Positions 27,937 to 42,504 of a stretch of DNA of 64,000 nucleotides are shown piece by piece (position 1 is the first letter of the stretch; each line of letters opens with the position of its first letter). The notes under the pieces are model-generated. The model searched no databases. It was given only the letters and a program-made list of their open reading frames with translations, and had not been told where the DNA came from. Source of the stretch: Auanema rhodensis (taxonomy: Eukaryota; Animalia; Nematoda); NCBI GenBank assembly GCA_964057225.1, contig OZ059899.1:11346001-11410000 (forward strand), written 5' to 3'. The translations under genes were made by a program, and so were the position numbers.

Positions 27937-28528
27937 TACGAAAGTACGAAATAACAAAGCGCTGATTATAGGAAACGTGAATGAATGCAGATATTCTCAA
28001 TTCCGATTCATTAACTAGATCGTGGTCAGCATTTTACAACATTGATAAAATAGAAACTGAGAAAAAAACATCAACAAATGACACTATTAACTTGGTTTTT
28101 TGAACAGCTTTTTTATATTTCTTTTTTCACTATGAGAGAACTTATATTTATTGCTTTTTCAAAATTTTCCATTTTTAACATTATACATCTTGACTATTAC
28201 ACATTGAGAACAACAGTTGGCAATGTTGGTTGTCACGTCATATTTCATGCAGTTAGATTTTCAGACACATTAATACCTTTGACCATTTTTCTTATGAGTT
28301 TTGTAACGATAGATCGTAATGGGAAATGAATTGCTATAATATGAAAAAATACAAGACATAGTCAACATTGATTTCCCCAAATAGTATCATGTTTGCTTGT
28401 TATTCAATTAGAACACTTATTTTTTGATTGTTTTCTTGAAATATTCTTTTTTTTCTTTAACAAAGTTATGACTGAGATCAAAATTTGAACTTACTTTTGA
28501 ACAATTAAACAGAAATTTAAAAAATATT

Positions 28529-28602
28529 TGCCGCCAGCAGGGGTCGAACCTGCGACCTTGGGCTTATTAGACCCACGCTCTAACCGACTGAGCTATGGCG
28601 GC
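28529..28602 (-). tRNA. tRNA-Ile(AAT)
   Basis: Array copy. Confidence 0.95.
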
Positions 28603-29193
28603 TACGAAAGTACGAAATAACAAAGCGCTGATTATAGGAAACGTGAATGAATGCAGATATTCTCAATTCCGATTCATTAACTAGATCGTGGTCAGCATTT
28701 TACAACATTGATAAAATAGAAACTGAGAAAAAAACATCAACAAATGACACTATTAACTTGGTTTTTTGAACAGCTTTTTAATATTTCTTTTTCACTATGA
28801 GAGAACTTATATTTATTGCTTTTTCAAAATTTTCCATTTTTAACATTATACATCTTGACTATCACACATTGAGAACAACAGTTGGCATTGTTGGTTGTCA
28901 CGTCATATTTCATGCAGTTAGATTTTCAGACACATTAATACCTTTAACCATTCTTCTTATGAGTTTTGTAACGATAGATCGTAATAGGAAATGAATTGCT
29001 ATAATATGAAAAAATACAAGACATAGTCAACATTGATTTCCCCAAATAGTATCATGTTTGCTTGTTATTCAATTAGAACACTTATTTTTTGATTGTTTTC
29101 TTGAAATATTCTTTTTTTTCTTTAACAAAGTTATGACTGAGATCAAAATTTGAACTTACTTTTGAACAATTAAACAGAAATTTAAAAAATATT

Positions 29194-29267
29194 TGCCGCC
29201 AGCAGGGGTCGAACCTGCGACCTTGGGCTTATTAGACCCACGCTCTAACCGACTGAGCTATGGCGGC
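29194..29267 (-). tRNA. tRNA-Ile(AAT)
   Basis: Array copy. Confidence 0.95.
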
Positions 29268-29858
29268 TACGAAAGTACGAAATAACAAAGCGCTGATTAT
29301 AGGAAACGTGAATGAATGCAGATATTCTCAATTCCGATTCATTTACTAGATCGTGGTCAGCATTTTACAACATTGATAAAATAGAAACTGAGAAAAAAAC
29401 ATCAACAAATGACACTATTAACTTGGTTTTTTGAACAGCTTTTTAATATTTCTTTTTCACTATGAGAGAACTTATATTTATTGCTTTTTCAAAATTTTCC
29501 ATTTTTAACATTATACATCTTGACTATCACACATTGAGAACAACAGTTGGCAATGTTGGTTGTCACGTCATATTTCATGCAGTTAGATTTTCAGACACAT
29601 TAATACCTTTAATCATTCTTCTTATGAGTTTTGTAACGATAGATCGTAATAGGAAATGAATTGCTATAATATGAAAAAATACAAGACATAGTCAACATTG
29701 ATTTCCCCAAATAGTATCATGTTTGCTTGTTATTCAATTAGAACACTTTTTTTTTGATTGTTTTCTTGAAATATTCTTTTTTTTCTTTAACAAAGTTATG
29801 ACTGAGATCAAAATTTGAACTTACTTTTGAACAATTAAACAGAAATTTAAAAAATATT

Positions 29859-29932
29859 TGCCGCCAGCAGGGGTCGAACCTGCGACCTTGGGCTTATTAG
29901 ACCCACGCTCTAACCGACTGAGCTATGGCGGC
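29859..29932 (-). tRNA. tRNA-Ile(AAT)
   Basis: Array copy. Confidence 0.95.
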
Positions 29933-30523
29933 TACGAAAGTACGAAATAACAAAGCGCTGATTATAGGAAACGTGAATGAATGCAGATATTCTCAATTCC
30001 GATTCATTAACTAGATCGTGGTCAGCATTTTACAACATTGATAAAATAGAAACTGAGAAAAAAACATCAACAAATGACACTATTAACTTGGTTTTTTGAA
30101 CAGCTTTTTTATTATTCTTTTTCACTATGAGAGAACTTATATTTATTGCTTTTTCAAAATTTTCCATTTTTAACATTATACATCTTGACTATCACACATT
30201 GAGAACAACAGTTGGCAATGTTGGTTGTCACGTCATATTTCATGCAGTTAGATTTTCAGACACATTAATACCTTTAACCATTCTTCTTATGAGTTTTGTA
30301 ACGATAGATCGTAATAGGAAATGAATTGCTATAATATGAAAAAATACAAGACATAGTCAACATTGATTTCCCCAAATAGTATCATGTTTGCTTGTTATTC
30401 AATTAGAACACTTTTTTTTTGATTGTTTTCTTGAAATATTCTTTTTTTTCTTTAACAAAGTTATGACTGAGATCAAAATTTGAACTTACTTTTGAACAAT
30501 TAAACAGAAATTTAAAAAATATT

Positions 30524-30597
30524 TGCCGCCAGCAGGGGTCGAACCTGCGACCTTGGGCTTATTAGACCCACGCTCTAACCGACTGAGCTATGGCGGC
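30524..30597 (-). tRNA. tRNA-Ile(AAT)
   Basis: Array copy. Confidence 0.95.
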
Positions 30598-31198
30598 TAC
30601 GAAAGTACGAAATAACAAAGCGCTGATTATAGGAAACGTGAATGAATTGCGAAAATGCAGATATTCTCAATTCCGATTCATTAACTAGATCGTGGTCAGC
30701 ATTTTACAACATTGATAAAATAGAAACTGAGAAAAAAACATCAACAAATGACACTATTAACTTGGTTTTTTGAACAGCTTTTTTATATTTCTTTTTTCAC
30801 TATGAGAGAACTTATATTTATTGCTTTTTCAAAATTTTCCATTTTTAACATTATACATCTTGACTATTACACATTGAGAACAACAGTTGGCAATGTTGGT
30901 TGTCACGTCATATTTCATGCAGTTAGATTTTCAGACACATTAATACCTTTGACCATTTTTCTTATGAGTTTTGTAACGATAGATCGTAATGGGAAATGAA
31001 TTGCTATAATATGAAAAAATACAAGACATAGTCAACATTGATTTCTCCAAATAGTATCATGTTTGCTTGTTATTCAATTAGAACACTTATTTTTTGATTG
31101 TTTTCTTGAAATATTCTTTTTTTTCTTTAACAAAGTTATGACTGAGATCAAAATTTGAACTTACTTTTGAACAATTAAACAGAAATTTAAAAAATATT

Positions 31199-31272
31199 TG
31201 CCGCCAGCAGGGGTCGAACCTGCGACCTTGGGCTTATTAGACCCACGCTCTAACCGACTGAGCTATGGCGGC
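31199..31272 (-). tRNA. tRNA-Ile(AAT)
   Basis: Array copy. Confidence 0.95.
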
Positions 31273-31863
31273 TACGAAAGTACGAAATAACAAAGCGCTG
31301 ATTATAGGAAACGTGAATGAATGCAGATATTCTCAATTCCGATTCATTTACTAGATCGTGGTCAGCATTTTACAACATTGATAAAATAGAAACTGAGAAA
31401 AAAACATCAACAAATGACACTATTAACTTGGTTTTTTGAACAGCTTTTTAATATTTCTTTTTCACTATGAGAGAACTTATATTTATTGCTTTTTCAAAAT
31501 TTTCCATTTTTAACATTATACATCTTGACTATCACACATTGAGAACAACAGTTGGCAATGTTGGTTGTCACGTCATATTTCATGCAGTTAGATTTTCAGA
31601 CACATTAATACCTTTAATCATTCTTCTTATGAGTTTTGTAACGATAGATCGTAATAGGAAATGAATTGCTATAATATGAAAAAATACAAGACATAGTCAA
31701 CATTGATTTCCCCAAATAGTATCATGTTTGCTTGTTATTCAATTAGAACACTTTTTTTTTGATTGTTTTCTTGAAATATTCTTTTTTTTCTTTAACAAAG
31801 TTATGACTGAGATCAAAATTTGAACTTACTTTTGAACAATTAAACAGAAATTTAAAAAATATT

Positions 31864-31937
31864 TGCCGCCAGCAGGGGTCGAACCTGCGACCTTGGGCTT
31901 ATTAGACCCACGCTCTAACCGACTGAGCTATGGCGGC
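31864..31937 (-). tRNA. tRNA-Ile(AAT)
   Basis: Array copy. Confidence 0.95.
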
Positions 31938-32528
31938 TACGAAAGTACGAAATAACAAAGCGCTGATTATAGGAAACGTGAATGAATGCAGATATTCTCA
32001 ATTCCGATTCATTAACTAGATCGTGGTCAGCATTTTACAACATTGATAAAATAGAAACTGAGAAAAAAACATCAACAAATGACACTATTAACTTGGTTTT
32101 TTGAACAGCTTTTTTATAATTCTTTTTCACTATGAGAGAACTTATATTTATTGCTTTTTCAAAATTTTCCATTTTTAACATTATACATCTTGACTATCAC
32201 ACATTGAGAACAACAGTTGGCAATGTTGGTTGTCACGTCATATTTCATGCAGTTAGATTTTCAGACACATTAATACCTTTAACCATTCTTCTTATGAGTT
32301 TTGTAACGATAGATCGTAATAGGAAATGAATTGCTATAATATGAAAAAATACAAGACATAGTCAACATTGATTTCCCCAAATAGTATCATGTTTGCTTGT
32401 TATTCAATTAGAACACTTTTTTTTTGATTGTTTTCTTGAAATATTCTTTTTTTTCTTTAACAAAGTTATGACTGAGATCAAAATTTGAACTTACTTTTGA
32501 ACAATTAAACAGAAATTTAAAAAATATT

Positions 32529-32602
32529 TGCCGCCAGCAGGGGTCGAACCTGCGACCTTGGGCTTATTAGACCCACGCTCTAACCGACTGAGCTATGGCG
32601 GC
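32529..32602 (-). tRNA. tRNA-Ile(AAT)
   Basis: Array copy. Confidence 0.95.
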
Positions 32603-33194
32603 TACGAAAGTACGAAATAACAAAGCGCTGATTATAGGAAACGTGAATGAATGCAGATATTCTCAATTCCGATTCATTAACTAGATCGTGGTCAGCATTT
32701 TACAACATTGATAAAATAGAAACTGAGAAAAAAACATCAACAAATGACACTATTAACTTGGTTTTTTGAACAGCATTTTTATATTTCTTTTTTCACTATG
32801 AGAGAACTTATATTTATTGCTTTTTCAAAATTTTCCATTTTTAACATTATACATCTTGACTATTACACATTGAGAACAACAGTTGGCAATGTTGGTTGTC
32901 ACGTCATATTTCATGCAGTTAGATTTTCAGACACATTAATACCTTTGACCATTTTTCTTATGAGTTTTGTAACGATAGATCGTAATAGGAAATGAATTGC
33001 TATAATATGAAAAAATACAAGACATAGTCAACATTGATTTCCCCAAATAGTATCATGTTTGCTTGTTATTCAATTAGAACACTTTTTTTTTGATTGTTTT
33101 CTTGAAATATTCTTTTTTTTCTTTAACAAAGTTATGACTGAGATCAAAATTTGAACTTACTTTTGAACAATTAAACAGAAATTTAAAAAATATT

Positions 33195-33268
33195 TGCCGC
33201 CAGCAGGGGTCGAACCTGCGACCTTGGGCTTATTAGACCCACGCTCTAACCGACTGAGCTATGGCGGC
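33195..33268 (-). tRNA. tRNA-Ile(AAT)
   Basis: Array copy. Confidence 0.95.
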
Positions 33269-33859
33269 TACGAAAGTACGAAATAACAAAGCGCTGATTA
33301 TAGGAAACGTGAATGAATGCAGATATTCTCAATTCCGATTCATTTACTAGATCGTGGTCAGCATTTTACAACATTGATAAAATAGAAACTGAGAAAAAAA
33401 CATCAACAAATGACACTATTAACTTGGTTTTTTGAACAGCTTTTTAATATTTCTTTTTCACTATGAGAGAACTTATATTTATTGCTTTTTCAAAATTTTC
33501 CATTTTTAACATTATACATCTTGACTATCACACATTGAGAACAACAGTTGGCAATGTTGGTTGTCACGTCATATTTCATGCAGTTAGATTTTCAGACACA
33601 TTAATACCTTTAACCATTCTTCTTATGAGTTTTGTAACGATAGATCGTAATAGGAAATGAATTGCTATAATATGAAAAAATACAAGACATAGTCAACATT
33701 GATTTCCCCAAATAGTATCATGTTTGCTTGTTATTCAATTAGAACACTTTTTTTTTGATTGTTTTCTTGAAATATTCTTTTTTTTCTTTAACAAAGTTAT
33801 GACTGAGATCAAAATTTGAACTTACTTTTGAACAATTAAACAGAAATTTAAAAAATATT

Positions 33860-33933
33860 TGCCGCCAGCAGGGGTCGAACCTGCGACCTTGGGCTTATTA
33901 GACCCACGCTCTAACCGACTGAGCTATGGCGGC
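33860..33933 (-). tRNA. tRNA-Ile(AAT)
   Basis: Array copy. Confidence 0.95.
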
Positions 33934-34524
33934 TACGAAAGTACGAAATAACAAAGCGCTGATTATAGGAAACGTGAATGAATGCAGATATTCTCAATTC
34001 CGATTCATTAACTAGATCGTGGTCAGCATTTTACAACATTGATAAAATAGAAACTGAGAAAAAAACATCAACAAATGACACTATTAACTTGGTTTTTTGA
34101 ACAGCTTTTTAATATTTCTTTTTCACTATGAGAGAACTTATATTTATTGCTTTTTCAAAATTTTCCATTTTTAACATTATACATCTTGACTATCACACAT
34201 TGAGAACAACAGTTGGCAATGTTGGTTGTCACGTCATATTTCATGCAGTTAGATTTTCAGACACATTAATACCTTTAACCATTCTTCTTATGAGTTTTGT
34301 AACGATAGATCGTAATAGGAAATGAATTGCTATAATATGAAAAAATACAAGACATAGTCAACATTGATTTCCCCAAATAGTATCATGTTTGCTTGTTATT
34401 CAATTAGAACACTTTTTTTTTGATTGTTTTCTTGAAATATTCTTTTTTTTCTTTAACAAAGTTATGACTGAGATCAAAATTTGAACTTACTTTTGAACAA
34501 TTAAACAGAAATTTAAAAAATATT

Positions 34525-34598
34525 TGCCGCCAGCAGGGGTCGAACCTGCGACCTTGGGCTTATTAGACCCACGCTCTAACCGACTGAGCTATGGCGGC
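34525..34598 (-). tRNA. tRNA-Ile(AAT)
   Basis: Array copy. Confidence 0.95.
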
Positions 34599-35190
34599 TA
34601 CGAAAGTACGAAATAACAAAGCGCTGATTATAGGAAACGTGAATGAATGCAGATATTCTCAATTCCGATTCATTAACTAGATCGTGGTCAGCATTTTACA
34701 ACATTGATAAAATAGAAACTGAGAAAAAAACATCAACAAATGACACTATTAACTTGGTTTTTTGAACAGCTTTTTTATATTTCTTTTTTCACTATGAGAG
34801 AACTTATATTTATTGCTTTTTCAAAATTTTCCATTTTTAACATTATACATCTTGACTATTACACATTGAGAACAACAGTTGGCAATGTTGGTTGTCACGT
34901 CATATTTCATGCAGTTAGATTTTCAGACACATTAATACCTTTAACCATTCTTCTTATGAGTTTTGTAACGATAGATCGTAATAGGAAATGAATTGCTATA
35001 ATATGAAAAAATACAAGACATAGTCAACATTGATTTCCCCAAATAGTATCATGTTTGCTTGTTATTCAATTAGAACACTTTTTTTTTGATTGTTTTCTTG
35101 AAATATTCTTTTTTTTCTTTAACAAAGTTATGACTGAGATCAAAATTTGAACTTACTTTTGAACAATTAAACAGAAATTTAAAAAATATT

Positions 35191-35264
35191 TGCCGCCAGC
35201 AGGGGTCGAACCTGCGACCTTGGGCTTATTAGACCCACGCTCTAACCGACTGAGCTATGGCGGC
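35191..35264 (-). tRNA. tRNA-Ile(AAT)
   Basis: Array copy. Confidence 0.95.
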
Positions 35265-35855
35265 TACGAAAGTACGAAATAACAAAGCGCTGATTATAGG
35301 AAACGTGAATGAATGCAGATATTCTCAATTCCGATTCATTTACTAGATCGTGGTCAGCATTTTACAACATTGATAAAATAGAAACTGAGAAAAAAACATC
35401 AACAAATGACACTATTAACTTGGTTTTTTGAACAGCTTTTTAATATTTCTTTTTCACTATGAGAGAACTTATATTTATTGCTTTTTCAAAATTTTCCATT
35501 TTTAACATTATACATCTTGACTATCACACATTGAGAACAACAGTTGGCAATGTTGGTTGTCACGTCATATTTCATGCAGTTAGATTTTCAGACACATTAA
35601 TACCTTTAACCATTCTTCTTATGAGTTTTGTAACGATAGATCGTAATAGGAAATGAATTGCTATAATATGAAAAAATACAAGACATAGTCAACATTGATT
35701 TCCCCAAATAGTATCATGTTTGCTTGTTATTCAATTAGAACACTTTTTTTTTGATTGTTTTCTTGAAATATTCTTTTTTTTCTTTAACAAAGTTATGACT
35801 GAGATCAAAATTTGAACTTACTTTTGAACAATTAAACAGAAATTTAAAAAATATT

Positions 35856-35929
35856 TGCCGCCAGCAGGGGTCGAACCTGCGACCTTGGGCTTATTAGACC
35901 CACGCTCTAACCGACTGAGCTATGGCGGC
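35856..35929 (-). tRNA. tRNA-Ile(AAT)
   Basis: Array copy. Confidence 0.95.
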
Positions 35930-36520
35930 TACGAAAGTACGAAATAACAAAGCGCTGATTATAGGAAACGTGAATGAATGCAGATATTCTCAATTCCGAT
36001 TCATTAACTAGATCGTGGTCAGCATTTTACAACATTGATAAAATAGAAACTGAGAAAAAAACATCAACAAATGACATTATTAACTTGGTTTTTTGAACAG
36101 CTTATTAATATTTCTTTTTCACTATGAGAGAACTTATATTTATTGCTTTTTCAAAATTTTCCATTTTTAACATTATACATCTTGACTATTACACATTGAG
36201 AACAACAGTTGGCAATGTTGGTTGTCACGTCATATTTCATGCAGTTAGATTTTCAGACACATTAATACCTTTGACCATTTTTCTTATGAGTTTTGTAACG
36301 ATAGATCGTAATAGGAAATGAATTGCTATAATATGAAAAAATACAAGACATAGTCAACATTGATTTCCCCAAATAGTATCATGTTTGCTTGTTATTCAAT
36401 TAGAACACTTATTTTTTGATTGTTTTCTTGAAATATTCTTTTTTTTCTTTAACAAAGTTATGACTGAGATCAAAATTTGAACTTACTTTTGAACAATTAA
36501 ACAGAAATTTAAAAAATATT

Positions 36521-36594
36521 TGCCGCCAGCAGGGGTCGAACCTGCGACCTTGGGCTTATTAGACCCACGCTCTAACCGACTGAGCTATGGCGGC
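36521..36594 (-). tRNA. tRNA-Ile(AAT)
   Basis: Array copy. Confidence 0.95.
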
Positions 36595-37183
36595 TACGAA
36601 AGTACGAAATAACAAAGCGCTGATTATAGGAAACGTGAATGAATGCAGATATTCTCAATTCCGATTCATTTACTAGATCGTGGTCAGCATTTTACAACAT
36701 TGATAAAATAGAAACTGAGAAAAAAACATCAACAAATGACACTATTAACTTGGTTTTTTGAACAGCTTTTTAATATTTCTTTTTCACTATGAGAGAACTT
36801 ATATTTATTGCTTTTTCAAAATTTTCCATTTTTAACATTATACATCTTGACTATCACACATTGAGAACAACAGTTGGCAATGTTGGTTGTCACGTCATAT
36901 TTCATGCAGTTAGATTTTCAGACACATTAATACCTTTAATCATTCTTCTTATGAGTTTTGTAACGATAGATCGTAATAGGAAATGAATTGCTATAATATG
37001 AAAAAATACAAGACATAGTCAACATTGATTTCCCCAAATAGTATCATGTTTGCTTGTTATTCAATTAGAACACTTTTTTTGATTGTTTTCTTGAAATATT
37101 CTTTTTTTTCTTTAACAAAGTTATGACTGAGATCAAAATTTGAACTTACTTTTGAACAATTAAACAGAAATTTAAAAAATATT

Positions 37184-37257
37184 TGCCGCCAGCAGGGGTC
37201 GAACCTGCGACCTTGGGCTTATTAGACCCACGCTCTAACCGACTGAGCTATGGCGGC
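37184..37257 (-). tRNA. tRNA-Ile(AAT)
   Basis: Array copy. Confidence 0.95.
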
Positions 37258-37848
37258 TACGAAAGTACGAAATAACAAAGCGCTGATTATAGGAAACGTG
37301 AATGAATGCAGATATTCTCAATTCCGATTCATTAACTAGATCGTGGTCAGCATTTTACAACATTGATAAAATAGAAACTGAGAAAAAAACATCAACAAAT
37401 GACACTATTAACTTGGTTTTTTGAACAGCTTTTTTATAATTCTTTTTCACTATGAGAGAACTTATATTTATTGCTTTTTCAAAATTTTCCATTTTTAACA
37501 TTATACATCTTGACTATCACACATTGAGAACAACAGTTGGCAATGTTGGTTGTCACGTCATATTTCATGCAGTTAGATTTTCAGACACATTAATACCTTT
37601 AACCATTCTTCTTATGAGTTTTGTAACGATAGATCGTAATAGGAAATGAATTGCTATAATATGAAAAAATACAAGACATAGTCAACATTGATTTCCCCAA
37701 ATAGTATCATGTTTGCTTGTTATTCAATTAGAACACTTTTTTTTTGATTGTTTTCTTGAAATATTCTTTTTTTTCTTTAACAAAGTTATGACTGAGATCA
37801 AAATTTGAACTTACTTTTGAACAATTAAACAGAAATTTAAAAAATATT

Positions 37849-37922
37849 TGCCGCCAGCAGGGGTCGAACCTGCGACCTTGGGCTTATTAGACCCACGCTC
37901 TAACCGACTGAGCTATGGCGGC
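37849..37922 (-). tRNA. tRNA-Ile(AAT)
   Basis: Array copy. Confidence 0.95.
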
Positions 37923-38514
37923 TACGAAAGTACGAAATAACAAAGCGCTGATTATAGGAAACGTGAATGAATGCAGATATTCTCAATTCCGATTCATTAA
38001 CTAGATCGTGGTCAGCATTTTACAACATTGATAAAAAAAAAACTGAGAAAAAAACATCAACAAATGACACTATTAACTTGGTTTTTTGAACAGCTTTTTT
38101 ATATTTCTTTTTTCACTATGAGAGAACTTATATTTATTGCTTTTTCAAAATTTTCCATTTTTAACATTATACATCTTGACTATTACACATTGAGAACAAC
38201 AGTTGGCAATGTTGGTTGTCACGTCATATTTCATGCAGTTAGATTTTCAGACACATTAATACCTTTGACCATTTTTCTTATGAGTTTTGTAACGATAGAT
38301 CGTAATGGGAAATGAATTGCTATAATATGAAAAAATACAAGACATAGTCAACATTGATTTCCCCAAATAGTATCATGTTTGCTTGTTATTCAATTAGAAC
38401 ACTTATTTTTTGATTGTTTTCTTGAAATATTCTTTTTTTTCTTTAACAAAGTTATGACTGAGATCAAAATTTGAACTTACTTTTGAACAATTAAACAGAA
38501 ATTTAAAAAATATT

Positions 38515-38588
38515 TGCCGCCAGCAGGGGTCGAACCTGCGACCTTGGGCTTATTAGACCCACGCTCTAACCGACTGAGCTATGGCGGA
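38515..38588 (-). tRNA. tRNA-Ile(AAT), G1T variant
   Basis: Array copy with c>a at 38588, breaking the 1-72 pair. Confidence 0.85.
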
Positions 38589-39180
38589 TACGAAAGTACG
38601 AAATAACAAAGCGCTGATTATAGGAAACGTGAATGAATGCAGATATTCTCAATTCCGATTCATTAACTAGATCGTGGTCAGCATTTTACAACATTGATAA
38701 AATAGAAACTGAGAAAAAAACATCAACAAATGACACTATTAACTTGGTTTTTTGAACAGCTTTTTAATATTTCTTTTTCACTATGAGAGAACTTATATTT
38801 ATTGCTTTTTCAAAATTTTCCATTTTTAACATTATACATCTTGACTATCACACATTGAGAACAACAGTTGGCAATGTTGGTTGTCACGTCATATTTCATG
38901 CAGTTAGATTTTCAGACACATTAATACCTTTAACCATTCTTCTTATGAGTTTTGTAACGATAGATCGTAATAGGAAATGAATTGCTATAATATGAAAAAA
39001 TAGAAGACATAGTCAACATTGATTTCCCCAAATAGTATCATGTTTGCTTGTTATTCAATTAGAACACTTTTTTTTTGATTGTTTTCTTGAAATATTCTTT
39101 TTTTTTCTTTAACAAAGTTATGACTGAGATCAAAATTTGAACTTACTTTTGAACAATTAAACAGAAATTTAAAAAATATT

Positions 39181-39254
39181 TGCCGCCAGCAGGGGTCGAA
39201 CCTGCGACCTTGGGCTTATTAGACCCACGCTCTAACCGACTGAGCTATGGCGGC
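39181..39254 (-). tRNA. tRNA-Ile(AAT)
   Basis: Array copy. Confidence 0.95.
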
Positions 39255-39845
39255 TACGAAAGTACGAAATAACAAAGCGCTGATTATAGGAAACGTGAAT
39301 GAATGCAGATATTCTCAATTCCGATTCATTAACTAGATCGTGGTCAGCATTTTACAACATTGATAAAATAGAAACTGAGAAAAAAACATCAACAAATGAC
39401 ACTATTAACTTGGTTTTTTGAACAGCTTTTTAATATTTCTTTTTCACTATGAGAGAACTTATATTTATTGCTTTTTCAAAATTTTCCATTTTTAACATTA
39501 TACAACTTGACTATCACACATTGAGAACAACAGTTGGCAATGTTGGTTGTCACGTCATATTTCATGCAGTTAGATTTTCAGACACATTAATACCTTTGAC
39601 CATTCTTCTTATGAGTTTTGTAACGATAGATCGTAATAGGAAATGAATTGCTATAATATGAAAAAATACAAGACATAGTCAACATTGATTTCCCCAAATA
39701 GTATCATGTTTGCTTGTTATTCAATTAGAACACTTATTTTTTGATTGTTTTCTTGAAATATTCTTTTTTTTCTTTAACAAAGTTATGACTGAGATCAAAA
39801 TTTGAACTTACTTTTGAACAATTAAACAGAAATTTAAAAAATATT

Positions 39846-39919
39846 TGCCGCCAGCAGGGGTCGAACCTGCGACCTTGGGCTTACTAGACCCACGCTCTAA
39901 CCGACTGAGCTATGGCGGC
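39846..39919 (-). tRNA. tRNA-Ile-derived gene with Thr anticodon AGT
   Basis: + strand ttACTag at 39881-39887 instead of ttATTag; the rest is identical to the Ile copies. Confidence 0.88.
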
Positions 39920-40508
39920 TACGAAAGTACGAAATAACAAAGCGCTGATTATAGGAAACGTGAATGAATGCAGATATTCTCAATTCCGATTCATTAACTA
40001 GATCGTGGTCAGCATTTTACAACATTGATAAAATAGAAACTGAGAAAAAAACATCAACAAATGACACTATTAACTTGGTTTTTTGAACAGCTTTTTTATA
40101 ATTCTTTTTCACTATGAGAGAACTTATATTTATTGCTTTTTCAAAATTTTCCATTTTTAACATTATACATCTTGACTATCACACATTGAGAACAACAGTT
40201 GGCAATGTTGGTTGTCACGTCATATTTCATGCAGTTAGATTTTCAGACACATTAATACCTTTAACCATTCTTCTTATGAGTTTTGTAACGATAGATCGTA
40301 ATAGGAAATGAATTGCTATAATATGAAAAAATACAAGACATAGTCAACATTGATTTCCCCAAATAGTATCATGTTTGCTTGTTATTCAATTAGAACACTT
40401 TTTTTGATTGTTTTCTTGAAATATTCTTTTTTTTCTTTAACAAAGTTATGACTGAGATCAAAATTTGAACTTACTTTTGAACAATTAAACAGAAATTTAA
40501 AAAATATT

Positions 40509-40582
40509 TGCCGCCAGCAGGGGTCGAACCTGCGACCTTGGGCTTATTAGACCCACGCTCTAACCGACTGAGCTATGGCGGC
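40509..40582 (-). tRNA. tRNA-Ile(AAT)
   Basis: Array copy. Confidence 0.95.
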
Positions 40583-41173
40583 TACGAAAGTACGAAATAA
40601 CAAAGCGCTGATTATAGGAAACGTGAATGAATGCAGATATTCTCAATTCCGATTCATTAACTAGATCGTGGTCAGCATTTTACAACATTGATAAAATAGA
40701 AACTGAGAAAAAAACATCAACAAATGACACTATTAACTTGGTTTTTTGAACAGCTTTTTTATAATTCTTTTTCACTATGAGAGAACTTATATTTATTGCT
40801 TTTTCAAAATTTTCCATTTTTAACATTATACATCTTGACTATCACACATTGAGAACAACAGTTGGCAATGTTGGTTGTCACGTCATATTTCATGCAGTTA
40901 GATTTTCAGACACATTAATACCTTTAACCATTCTTCTTATGAGTTTTGTAACGATAGATCGTAATAGGAAATGAATTGCTATAATATGAAAAAATACAAG
41001 ACATAGTCAACATTGATTTCCCCAAATAGTATCATGTTTGCTTGTTATTCAATTAGAACACTTTTTTTTTGATTGTTTTCTTGAAATATTCTTTTTTTTC
41101 TTTAACAAAGTTATGACTGAGATCAAAATTTGAACTTACTTTTGAACAATTAAACAGAAATTTAAAAAATATT

Positions 41174-41247
41174 TGCCGCCAGCAGGGGTCGAACCTGCGA
41201 CCTTGGGCTTATTAGACCCACGCTCTAACCGACTGAGCTATGGCGGC
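41174..41247 (-). tRNA. tRNA-Ile(AAT)
   Basis: Array copy. Confidence 0.95.
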
Positions 41248-41838
41248 TACGAAAGTACGAAATAACAAAGCGCTGATTATAGGAAACGTGAATGAATGCA
41301 GATATTCTCAATTCCGATTCATTAACTAGATCGTGGTCAGCATTTTACAACATTGATAAAATAGAAACTGAGAAAAAAACATCAACAAATGACACTATTA
41401 ACTTGGTTTTTTGAACAGCTTTTTTATAATTCTTTTTCACTATGAGAGAACTTATATTTATTGCTTTTTCAAAATTTTCCATTTTTAACATTATACATCT
41501 TGACTATCACACATTGAGAACAACAGTTGGCAATGTTGGTTGTCACGTCATATTTCATGCAGTTAGATTTTCAGACACATTAATACCTTTAACCATTCTT
41601 CTTATGAGTTTTGTAACGATAGATCGTAATAGGAAATGAATTGCTATAATATGAAAAAATACAAGACATAGTCAACATTGATTTCCCCAAATAGTATCAT
41701 GTTTGCTTGTTATTCAATTAGAACACTTTTTTTTTGATTGTTTTCTTGAAATATTCTTTTTTTTCTTTAACAAAGTTATGACTGAGATCAAAATTTGAAC
41801 TTACTTTTGAACAATTAAACAGAAATTTAAAAAATATT

Positions 41839-41912
41839 TGCCGCCAGCAGGGGTCGAACCTGCGACCTTGGGCTTATTAGACCCACGCTCTAACCGACTG
41901 AGCTATGGCGGC
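41839..41912 (-). tRNA. tRNA-Ile(AAT)
   Basis: Array copy. Confidence 0.95.
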
Positions 41913-42504
41913 TACGAAAGTACGAAATAACAAAGCGCTGATTATAGGAAACGTGAATGAATGCAGATATTCTCAATTCCGATTCATTAACTAGATCGTG
42001 GTCAGCATTTTACAACATTGATAAAATAGAAACTGAGAAAAAAACATCAACAAATGACACTATTAACTTGGTTTTTTGAACAGCTTTTTTATATTTCTTT
42101 TTTCACTATGAGAGAACTTATAATTATTGCTTTTTCAAAATTTTCCATTTTTAACATTATATATCTTGACTATTACACATTGAGAACAACAGTTGGCAAT
42201 GTTGGTTGTCACGTCATATTTCATGCAGTTAGATTTTCAGACACATTAATACCTTTGACCATTTTTCTTATGAGTTTTGTAACGATAGATCGTAATGGGA
42301 AATGAATTGCTATAATATGAAAAAATACAAGACATAGTCAACATTGATTTCCCCAAATAGTATCATGTTTGCTTGTTATTCAATTAGAACACTTATTTTT
42401 TGATTGTTTTCTTGAAATATTCTTTTTTTTCTTTAACAAAGTTATGACTGAGATCAAAATTTGAACTTACTTTTGAACAATTAAACAGAAATTTAAAAAA
42501 TATT

